Assembly: GCA_015661205.1 (NCBI GenBank)
Contig: JACVXV010000025.1
Coordinates: 1 to 24,803 of the forward strand
DNA: 24,803 nucleotides
Direction: 5' to 3'
From: Candidatus Brocadiaceae bacterium
Lineage (GTDB): Bacteria; Planctomycetota; Brocadiia; Brocadiales; Brocadiaceae
Shown here: positions 15,387 to 22,539 of the stretch, one piece after another
How positions within the stretch are numbered: the first letter of the stretch is position 1
How the letters are laid out: each line of letters begins with the position of its first letter
Translations under genes and position numbers: made by a program
The notes under the pieces: generated by a model
What the model saw: the letters and a program-made list of their open reading frames with translations, nothing else
Database searches by the model: none
What the model was told of the DNA's origin: nothing

Positions 15387-16369
15387 CTAATAACCGAAAC
15401 CCCCCAGGTAAGTCCACCGCCAATCGCTACCAGCAGGAGTATATCGCCTTTGTTAAGGCGTCCTGCTTTTCTAGCCTCATCCATTGCGATGGGAATAGAG
15501 GCAGAAGAGGTATTACCGTATTTATCGATATTAACAAATGTCTTATCCATCGGCAGGTCCAGCCGATCCATAACCGCCTCAATAATTCTTAAATTACTCT
15601 GATGGTATATAATCAGCCCGATGTCCGTCAGTTCGATGTTATTTTTTACCGCTGTTTCCCTGACCATGTTCGTTACGATATTTACGGCCGATTTAAATAC
15701 TTCCCTGCCTTTAAACTGTATATAATGCATTCGCTGTTGAACTGACTCTAAAGATGCAGGGTTCTTTGCCCCCCCGGCCTGCATAAAAAGCGAGTCCCAT
15801 TGAGAGCCGTCGGCATGCAGGGTCGTAGAGAGGATTTCGTGCTTCGTTTGGCTTTTTTGCACAACAACGGCGCCTGCGCCGTCACCGAACAAAATGCACG
15901 TGGTGCGGTCCGTATAATCAGTAACCTTGGACAAACATTCGGCGCCCACGACCAAAACGGTTCCCACCGTGCCCGAATTCACAAAACTTTGACCGACTGA
16001 AAGCGCGTAAACAAACCCGCTGCAAGCGGCAAGAATGTCAAATGCACTTGCCCTCGTCGCCCCGATCTTATGCTGAACCTGGCACGAGGTAGAAGGGAAA
16101 AAGTAGTCAGGTGTTATGGTCGAGGTAATAATCATATCAATATCTTTCGGTGTAACCCCGGCGTCTTCCATCGCCATATTCGAGGCTTGTACCGCAAGAT
16201 CTGACGTTACCATGCCGTTTTCAACGATACGGCGTTCTCTAATGCCTGTTCGCTGGATAATCCAGTCATCGGTCGTATCAACCATCTTCTCTAAGTCATA
16301 ATTTGTCAGAACTTTACCGGGAAGATACGACCCTATGCCGGTAATAGACGCTCTTTGATTTTGTTCCAT
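15380..16369 (-). CDS. fabH: 3-oxoacyl-ACP synthase III (KAS III)
   Basis: Cys in AACSGFVYAL, His in YHQSN, Asn in YGNTSSASIP, and C-terminal GGGLTWG. Confidence 0.92.
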   Translation of the reverse strand: MEQNQRASITGIGSYLPGKVLTNYDLEKMVDTTDDWIIQRTGIRERRIVENGMVTSDLAVQASNMAMEDAGVTPKDIDMIITSTITPDYFFPSTSCQVQHKIGATRASAFDILAACSGFVYALSVGQSFVNSGTVGTVLVVGAECLSKVTDYTDRTTCILFGDGAGAVVVQKSQTKHEILSTTLHADGSQWDSLFMQAGGAKNPASLESVQQRMHYIQFKGREVFKSAVNIVTNMVRETAVKNNIELTDIGLIIYHQSNLRIIEAVMDRLDLPMDKTFVNIDKYGNTSSASIPIAMDEARKAGRLNKGDILLLVAIGGGLTWGVSVIRW

Positions 16370-16462
16370 TTATAAGCAATAAACCTTGATAACCGTGAGG
16401 AACTTAAACCCTCTATTGGAGACATATCTCCGCCATTGCGCCAAGTTCTGAAAAAATAAAGA

Positions 16463-17479
16463 TTACATAGCGTTTTCTGAAAACCCGTCAGCCTTTTCCA
16501 TCGCGGAAATTATGTGTTCGTTAACCTTGTTTTTCGCTATCTGCAACGCCATTCTTATAGCGTTGTAGATAGCCCTGGAATCGGATCTACCGTGGCAGAT
16601 AATACAAACGCCGTTCACCCCCAATAAGGGAGCTCCGCCATATTCGGCAAAATCCATCTTGTTCTTTAAAACCATAAAAGGCGGCTTGCACAACCACAAA
16701 CCCACCTTTGTCCAGAAGCCCTTCATTGCTTCATCCTTTATGGTGGATAAAAGGCTCACAGCCAGCCCCTCTGCAAATTTCAGTATTACATTCCCTACAA
16801 ATCCCTCGCAAAGCACGATGTCTGCCTTATCATCGAATATTTCACGGCCTTCCACATTTCCCACAAAGTTCAAATTTGAGTTGGAAAGGAGCAGAAACGA
16901 TTCCTTTGCAAATTCATTGCCCTTTGCATCCTCTTCTCCGATGTTCAGCAGCCCAACCCTTGGTTTTTTAATGCCATAGGCATACTCGCTGATAACCGTA
17001 GCCATTACCCCGTATTGTAAAAGATGCACGGGCTTGCAGGCAATGTTTGCCCCCACGTCCATAATGAGACACATGCCATGCCGGGTAGGAAGCCTGGTGG
17101 CAATGCCAGGGCGATGAATACCTTTGATCGTACGCATACAAAGAGTTGATGCCGCCACGGTAGCGCCGGTATGCCCCGCACTGACGACGGCGGACGCTTC
17201 TCCATTTGCAACAAGCTTGACGCTTCTCGTAATAGAAGAATCGGATTTCTGTCGTATAGAATAGGTTGCGGGGTCGTCCATACCAACAATTTGGGACGCA
17301 TGGTGAATGGTGACATTCCTGGGAACATCTTTTAACGTACCCAGTTCTTGCTGAATCTTTTTTTCATCACCAACCAGAAGCATTTCGTCATCGGGAAACC
17401 GCTGTGCGGCAATAACAGCACCCTTGACGGTCTCGTGTGGAGCTTTATCTCCACCCATAGCGTCTACTGCAATTTTCAT
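16463..17479 (-). CDS. plsX: phosphate:acyl-ACP acyltransferase
   Basis: MKIAVDAMGGDKAP at the N-terminus, plus SAGHTGA and GAPLLGVNG. The ATG at 17479 is preferred over the track's GTG at 17515, which would overlap rpmF. Confidence 0.9.
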   Translation of the reverse strand: MKIAVDAMGGDKAPHETVKGAVIAAQRFPDDEMLLVGDEKKIQQELGTLKDVPRNVTIHHASQIVGMDDPATYSIRQKSDSSITRSVKLVANGEASAVVSAGHTGATVAASTLCMRTIKGIHRPGIATRLPTRHGMCLIMDVGANIACKPVHLLQYGVMATVISEYAYGIKKPRVGLLNIGEEDAKGNEFAKESFLLLSNSNLNFVGNVEGREIFDDKADIVLCEGFVGNVILKFAEGLAVSLLSTIKDEAMKGFWTKVGLWLCKPPFMVLKNKMDFAEYGGAPLLGVNGVCIICHGRSDSRAIYNAIRMALQIAKNKVNEHIISAMEKADGFSENAM

Positions 17480-17483
17480 AGAT

Positions 17484-17711
17484 TTATCTTTCGACGGAGA
17501 CAACCTGCTCACCACGGTAATAACCGCAGTTATGACAAATCGTATGGGGTTGGTTAACCTGCTTGCAATGGGTGCAGATATAACGTTTAGAACGGACGCC
17601 GGTACCTCTTCCTAAATTCGCATCAAGGGGAATGATGGGCGGGGTTAATTTATCGTGGGTGCGTCTTTTACGGGTTCTCGCGTTGGAAAACCTTCTCTTT
17701 GGATTAGGCAT
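17484..17711 (-). CDS. rpmF: 50S ribosomal protein L32 (long form with CxxC...CxxC zinc ribbon)
   Basis: MPNPKRRFSNARTRKRRTHDKL N-terminus, CTHC...CHNCGYYRG, an RBS GAGGTGA upstream, and the canonical position in front of plsX. Confidence 0.88.
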   Translation of the reverse strand: MPNPKRRFSNARTRKRRTHDKLTPPIIPLDANLGRGTGVRSKRYICTHCKQVNQPHTICHNCGYYRGEQVVSVER

Positions 17712-17758
17712 GTATCACCTCTGTAAAATTTCTATAATATGTATATTCTAAAACTTTA

Positions 17759-17787
17759 ATGTTATATAGATAAAACAACATTGTCAA
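17759..17787 (-). promoter_or_regulatory. putative promoter of the rpmF-plsX-fab operon
   Basis: Read on the minus strand: TTGACA (17787-17782), a 17-nt spacer, then TAACAT (17764-17759), about 45 nt upstream of the rpmF ATG. The -10 is weak. Confidence 0.3.
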
Positions 17788-17846
17788 GCAAAAACAGGAC
17801 AAGTCCATACATTTTATTGTTTTTTGCCGAAAATCCACTCGTAGAT

Positions 17847-17901
17847 TAGGCCTTCGGCAGCTTTTAACAGCGTAGTGGCAAGGCGCGCCTTGCCACTACA
17901 C
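17847..17901. repeat. 55-nt structured repeat, copy 2, with the same perfect 28-nt palindrome
   Basis: GTAGTGGCAAGGCGCGCCTTGCCACTAC at 17872-17899. It lies 9 nt downstream of the radical SAM stop (17910) and upstream of the rpmF promoter region. Confidence 0.9.
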
Positions 17902-17909
17902 ATACGAAA

Positions 17910-18932
17910 CTATCGGAATATCCTCTTCCCCGCCTTGCGTCTCATCGACATAAAAAGCTCTCGTATCATAAGCCATTTGTCCTCAAGCGCCCACAGGTGA
18001 AAGGGCAGGACGCAACCGCATCGCAGGCAGTCCGCCTGGGGACCCATCATGCAGGGTTTTTTCACCTGTCCATGGGGGTCAAGGCAAAAGGCCACCTTTT
18101 TAAAGAGACAGTTTCTCGTAATTTCTTTACACTTATCCGACTTCATCAGCTTCAGCACCAGACTCGGCACACCGATAAAGTCCCCATACTTCTCCTCCTT
18201 CAGTGCAAGCAGTTTATCCAAAATCTCATCCCGTAACTGCCAGCCGGGCCAAAGGTCGTCATTTTTTAACCCTTTTATCGGGGTGTGTATCTGAAAGAGA
18301 CATCCCTTTACCCCTACTTCCTTCCACTCTTCTAAAAAACGCTCAACCTCCTGATAATTCAGCTTGTTAATGACCATTGACACCATTATCTTAAGTTCAG
18401 GCCTGTTGGCGTGCTTCTTAATTTTATCATGACAACCCTTGCCCCGTATGGCGTCATGCGTGTCTTTCAGGCCATCAACAGAGATGTAGAAGTTGACGTC
18501 TGGCCAAGGGGGAAGTTCTATGGTGCCGTTTGTCGCAACGACGTTTGACTTAAAATATTTCATCCCGCGCTCTATCAAATCCTTCCGAAGCAACGGTTCA
18601 CCGCCAATCCAGGAGCATTGATAAAACGGAAAGTCCGTATCCTTCAAACTCTCCAGCTTTTCTATCCACTCATGGTCGCTAAGTTCCGGTTTTTCCTCGT
18701 AATCATGCGCGTAAAAGTAGCAGTGCTTGCACCGTAGGTTACAACGGTTAGTGATGTCTATCGCCCCAATGGCCCCATAGGGTTTGCCAAAAAGGTCAAA
18801 CCTGCCCAAGTCGTAGAGCTTGAAGAAAAACTTGGTGCGTTCCTTTCCGATCTTTTTACTGGAATAATCGAATAACTTGTCTCTAAACGTCCTTTTCGGA
18901 CCAAAGGTTCTTTCGGTGGTAGTGGCAATCAT
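17910..18932 (-). CDS. radical SAM enzyme with Cys-rich C-terminal (SPASM/twitch-like) extension
   Basis: IDITNRCNLRCKHCYF (C64-x3-C68-x2-C71), GGEPLL, and seven Cys in the last ~80 aa (CKEITRNC...FCLD...PCMMGPQADCLRCGC). ATGA start/stop overlap with the upstream gene. Confidence 0.85.
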   Translation of the reverse strand: MIATTTERTFGPKRTFRDKLFDYSSKKIGKERTKFFFKLYDLGRFDLFGKPYGAIGAIDITNRCNLRCKHCYFYAHDYEEKPELSDHEWIEKLESLKDTDFPFYQCSWIGGEPLLRKDLIERGMKYFKSNVVATNGTIELPPWPDVNFYISVDGLKDTHDAIRGKGCHDKIKKHANRPELKIMVSMVINKLNYQEVERFLEEWKEVGVKGCLFQIHTPIKGLKNDDLWPGWQLRDEILDKLLALKEEKYGDFIGVPSLVLKLMKSDKCKEITRNCLFKKVAFCLDPHGQVKKPCMMGPQADCLRCGCVLPFHLWALEDKWLMIRELFMSMRRKAGKRIFR

Positions 18933-19501
18933 TTTATATCTGAAAAGTCAATCTTGTACCGCTTTTCGTCCTTTCGTGTCTTGACTATGATGGTGGTGTT
19001 TGACCTGGGATTGATTTTATCTTGCAGAAAGGTAGCGTCAATGCTTTGCTTATAATCCTTGCGCTTCATCCCCAACTCAGTTTTTTGAGGCAGGGTATTA
19101 TTCGTCCCCTGCGCCAAAACAATTTGCACGTCCTCCGGAGTCTTTGCCTCTTCCTCGGAAACGATCACAATCACTTTAAACGTTGTTAGTTCATCGATTT
19201 CCTTTAGTTTCTCTTCCGTAACGGTTTTGTCCTTTAAGTTCATCATGGCGGAAATGACTACCGCATGTATATACTTGCTCATGACGATCCCCCCTTCACC
19301 ACCGGGATAACCGCCAAAGCAAGCCTGTTTTACCACCGTGCTTCCAAAGACGTCGGTTCCTTTGTACTTAGCGCCGTATTCAGCGGCCTCTTTCATTTGT
19401 TCCGGCGTCAATTTGGTATCAAACGCGCCTGACATCGCCGGCAATCCCGCTAATGCCACCACTATGCAGGCCGGGATGGTCCACCATTTTGCCCATTTCA
19501 T
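18929..19501 (-). CDS. exported hypothetical protein (190 aa)
   Basis: Signal-like N-terminus MKWAKWWTIPACIVVALAGLPAMSGAF. RBS GGGGGGA upstream. Translationally coupled (ATGA) to the radical SAM gene. No family recognised. Confidence 0.65.
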   Translation of the reverse strand: MKWAKWWTIPACIVVALAGLPAMSGAFDTKLTPEQMKEAAEYGAKYKGTDVFGSTVVKQACFGGYPGGEGGIVMSKYIHAVVISAMMNLKDKTVTEEKLKEIDELTTFKVIVIVSEEEAKTPEDVQIVLAQGTNNTLPQKTELGMKRKDYKQSIDATFLQDKINPRSNTTIIVKTRKDEKRYKIDFSDIK

Positions 19502-19538
19502 AATTGATTTCCCCCCCCTAATGACTATGCTAAACTAA

Positions 19539-19697
19539 GTCTTCGGCGACTTCCACTTGTAGAACGAAGTGGTACTTCGTTCTTTAACCGTGTCTTTTCA
19601 AAAGAGAGCGTATAACCTCTTCGTTCTACAACAGGCCAGAAGGTCAGAAAGCACATAGCCAGGGGAATAAAATAATATACAAGCCCTGAAGGGGCGA
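19539..19697. repeat. composite REP-like module, copy 2 (with an internal ~30-nt duplication/insertion)
   Basis: GTCTTCGGCGACTT..., GTAGAACGAAGTGGTACTTCGTTCT, then CTCTTCGTTCTACAACAGGCCAGAAGGTCAGAAAG...ATAGCCAGGGG...AAGCCCTGAAGGGGCGA. It is collinear with 8500-8627. Confidence 0.85.
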
Positions 19698-19875
19698 AAT
19701 AGCTTAGCCCAAGGCAACGCCCTGGGAATATTACAAAAACCACCAAGCCCTGAAAGGGTGAAATACGGAATGGGACATTTTTCACACCTTATGTCACCCC
19801 TTCAGGGCTTGTTTTGCTCATAATGCTAAACCCAGGGCGTTGCCCTGGGCTATCTTATTGCGCCCCTTTGGGGCT
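19681..19875. repeat. 195-nt mirror-symmetric composite palindrome built from three GC-hairpin modules per arm
   Basis: 19681-19696 pairs with 19861-19875. 19707-19726 pairs with 19831-19850 (CCCAGGGCGTTGCCCTGGG type). 19746-19760 pairs with 19795-19809. The symmetry centre is near 19778. Confidence 0.85.
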
Positions 19876-20004
19876 ATTATTGCAAATACAATCAGACCGA
19901 TTTTATGCGTTTTTCGTTTCTTAACTTAACACCTATGGGCTTCCCCCCCGCTATATCCTGTCGGCCTGCGAAGCGCCTCACCAAGTATTTAAAGCAGGCG
20001 GAAC

Positions 20005-20361
20005 CTACTCACCGCACATCTTAAGCTCTTTACCGGTAATTGCGCTGATCTTTTTACCGAGATTTTTCATTTCCTTAAGACCACCGCGACTTGAGGACTC
20101 GCCAACCTCATCCACAACCACCTTTTTCCCATCGGTCAGGTGGAGCAATACTAAATATCTCATATAGTTACTTGGCGCTGAATCCAGTTCTTCCGTTGCA
20201 ACCTCTACCTTTTTTATCCTGGAAAACGGGAAACTTTCCTCATCGTCAAAAAAGAGCGTCCTTCTCACACCGGTTGTTACCTGTTCAGCCTTTCCATCAA
20301 TGGTAATTAGCTTGAAAAAGGAACTCAATACAAGTTTATTTGTATCTTTACTCTTCACCAT
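20005..20361 (-). CDS. hypothetical protein (118 aa)
   Basis: ATG preceded by GGGAGGA with good spacing. No recognisable motifs. Confidence 0.6.
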   Translation of the reverse strand: MVKSKDTNKLVLSSFFKLITIDGKAEQVTTGVRRTLFFDDEESFPFSRIKKVEVATEELDSAPSNYMRYLVLLHLTDGKKVVVDEVGESSSRGGLKEMKNLGKKISAITGKELKMCGE

Positions 20362-20541
20362 TTTTTTCCTCCCTTTTCAATTTCAACAAAGACATAACCA
20401 TGGACAAATTACGTTGATTTTAGTTATACAACTACCGGAACAAACCCTTATCGTAAAGGGTCACACAAAAGCCGCTTAACATACCACCTTCCAAACACAC
20501 GTCGGTCTATTGCAAGTACTAAGGAATATACCACATACGGT

Positions 20542-21474
20542 TTAGATAGTCAAAGCTATTATTCCGACCATTACTTTACTTTCTCTCCTTGCTTTGAAGT
20601 ACTTTTGGGCGCTCCCCTGATTAACAGATATCTCCAGATACCCCGTGCTGCCAATGATAGCCAGCGGCCTTCCCTTGCCTACGTCCATATATGAGGCGCA
20701 TAAACCGATAATTTTTTCTTTCCCGATAACTGTTTCGAATTTCAAGTTTCGAGTCTCAAGTTTCGGATTTCGGATTCCGAGTTTCGAGTTTTGGATTTCG
20801 GATTTCGGGTTTCGGGTTTCGGGATTATTTTTTGTTGGACCATACAGGAATTGGAGGTGGTCTCTGGTGATATTGGTGATAAGGTTGCCAAACCGGTCGA
20901 TGTGCATCACCTCGCCGACCAGTTGGCCGGACTTCCCCATCACGGGAGCGGAAATGTTCAACCGTTCCAGCCGGTCAATCTTGCCACCCAGACGCTGCAA
21001 TTTTACGCCTAGCGACATATATGCCGCCAGGGGGGCAAAGACGTCCCTTCCATGAAAGGTGTTGCTGGTTGACGGCAGGAAATACCTGGTGTTTGTTGCC
21101 CTGACTATGCGACGCGGCGACTCTTGCTGAATAACAAAACTAAGGATGCCATTATCCGGAACAATAAAAACACAATCCCGGAATTCAACACATACAATAT
21201 CTCTCTTACTCCCGACACCGGGATCGACAACCGCCACATGGATCGTCCCCTTGGGGAAATACTGATAGGCGGTAGAAAGGAGGTAGGCGCCGCCAAAAAC
21301 GTCCTGGGGCTGGACGTCGTGGCAGATATCAATAACCGTTGCGGAAGGATTGATACTGGCGACAACACCCTTCATAATGCCGATATATGCGTCCTGATAT
21401 CCAAAATCCGTCAGGAGGGTAATCACCGGTACGCGGTGTAACGCCTTCTGTTCTTTTGCACGCTGTATTTTCAC
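20542..21474 (-). CDS. SAM hydrolase / SAM hydroxide adenosyltransferase family protein (DUF62, fluorinase/chlorinase-like fold) with a repeat-encoded insertion
   Basis: ITLLTDFGYQDAYIGIMKGV, VVDPGVGS, HGRDVFAP, HIDRFGNLITNI and IIGSTGYLEISVNQGSA match the DUF62 family. GTG start 12 nt after the upstream gene's stop. Confidence 0.85.
   Translation of the reverse strand: MKIQRAKEQKALHRVPVITLLTDFGYQDAYIGIMKGVVASINPSATVIDICHDVQPQDVFGGAYLLSTAYQYFPKGTIHVAVVDPGVGSKRDIVCVEFRDCVFIVPDNGILSFVIQQESPRRIVRATNTRYFLPSTSNTFHGRDVFAPLAAYMSLGVKLQRLGGKIDRLERLNISAPVMGKSGQLVGEVMHIDRFGNLITNITRDHLQFLYGPTKNNPETRNPKSEIQNSKLGIRNPKLETRNLKFETVIGKEKIIGLCASYMDVGKGRPLAIIGSTGYLEISVNQGSAQKYFKARRESKVMVGIIALTI
20732..20822. 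repeat. tandem heptanucleotide repeat, 13 units (plus-strand consensus RTTTCRR; coding strand YCGAAAY), inside the DUF62 CDS
   Basis: Units: GTTTCGA ATTTCAA GTTTCGA GTCTCAA GTTTCGG ATTTCGG ATTCCGA GTTTCGA GTTTTGG ATTTCGG ATTTCGG GTTTCGG GTTTCGG. They encode PETRNPK SEIQNSK LGIRNPK LETRNLK FET. Confidence 0.9.
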
Positions 21475-21486
21475 TTAAAAATGTCC

Positions 21487-22539
21487 CTACTTCTGCGTCT
21501 TGATAGCAATAATATCATCCGTGATTTTGTCAAATACGTCAACCAATTCCGGGTCAAAATGTGAGCCTTTATTCGATTGGATATACTTTACGGCATCACT
21601 CATATTCCACTGTTCTTTATATGAGCGCACAGACGTTAATGCGTCAAAGCAGTCGGCCACGGCAGCGATTCTGGCCGGCAATGGGATTTCAGCGCCTTTT
21701 AAACGGTGCGGATACCCGGCGCCATCCCACCGCTCATGGTGCGACAGCGCGATTTCTCTTGCCATATACATAAGCTGTGACGACGGATTGTCCAGCAATT
21801 TAGCCCCAATCAGCGTATGGGTCTTTATAATTTCATACTCATCCGGTTCAAGTTTACCCGGTTTCAAGAGGATGTTGTCCGGTATCCCCAGCTTCCCGAT
21901 ATCATGCATGGGGCTTGCGTTGAGCAACAAGTCCGCTTCCTGATCTGACATGCCAAACGACCTGCCGATTAATTCACACATTTTACTCATACGGATAATG
22001 TGAAGTCCGGTCTGGCTGTCTTTATATTCAGCGGCAAGACTCAGGCGGCGAATGATCTCCAACCGCGAATAGTGCAACTCCTGGGTGCGTGCCTCAACCT
22101 TTTGCTCCAAAAGGGTATTTTGATAGGCAACCTGCTTATGAAGGAATTTTGTTTCTAACATATTCTGTATCCTGATCAGCGCCTCGGTCTGGTCAAAGGG
22201 CTTTGTCAGGAAATCCTTCGCCCCTTCATGAAGCGCGCGGTAGCAGGTTTCTTTATCTTGCTGTGCGGTAAGCACGAGTATGGGCAGGTACGCGTCCTTT
22301 TTGGCTTCATTTATTTTTTCCATAACCTGGTAGCCGTTCAGATGCGGCATGTTGATGTCGAGGAGGACAATGTCCGGTTGAAAGCTTTCGTAAATACCCA
22401 TCACCTCACGGGAGTCCGTAATACCCAGCACCGAGGTATATCCGGCAATATCCAGCATTTTTTCAAGCATAGTGACATTGACCTGGGTATCATCAATGAT
22501 CAAAATTCTTGCATCCAGAACCTCTTGATTGGGTATCAT
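21487..22539 (-). CDS. response regulator with HD-GYP phosphodiesterase domain (RpfG family)
   Basis: Receiver motifs ILIIDDTQVN and VLLDINMPHLNG. HD-GYP motifs HDIGKLGIPDNILLKPGKL and HHERWDGAGYP. ATGA overlap with the upstream kinase gene. Confidence 0.9.
   Translation of the reverse strand: MIPNQEVLDARILIIDDTQVNVTMLEKMLDIAGYTSVLGITDSREVMGIYESFQPDIVLLDINMPHLNGYQVMEKINEAKKDAYLPILVLTAQQDKETCYRALHEGAKDFLTKPFDQTEALIRIQNMLETKFLHKQVAYQNTLLEQKVEARTQELHYSRLEIIRRLSLAAEYKDSQTGLHIIRMSKMCELIGRSFGMSDQEADLLLNASPMHDIGKLGIPDNILLKPGKLEPDEYEIIKTHTLIGAKLLDNPSSQLMYMAREIALSHHERWDGAGYPHRLKGAEIPLPARIAAVADCFDALTSVRSYKEQWNMSDAVKYIQSNKGSHFDPELVDVFDKITDDIIAIKTQK

Noticed and set aside
16463-17515. Long form of plsX starting at GTG 17515
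   Set aside because: It would overlap the last 32 nt of rpmF. The conserved PlsX N-terminus, MKIAVDAMGGD, starts at the ATG at 17479, 4 nt after the rpmF stop.
19525-19785. 86-aa ORF on the minus strand
   Set aside because: It is encoded by the left arm of the 195-nt composite palindrome and the adjacent repeat module. Its sequence is low-complexity and repeat-derived, and no RBS is present.
20445-20462. Hairpin ACCCTT-ATCGTA-AAGGGT downstream of the DUF62 gene as a terminator
   Set aside because: The stem is only 6 bp, it is AU/GC mixed, and no T-run follows on the minus strand. The evidence is too weak to call.
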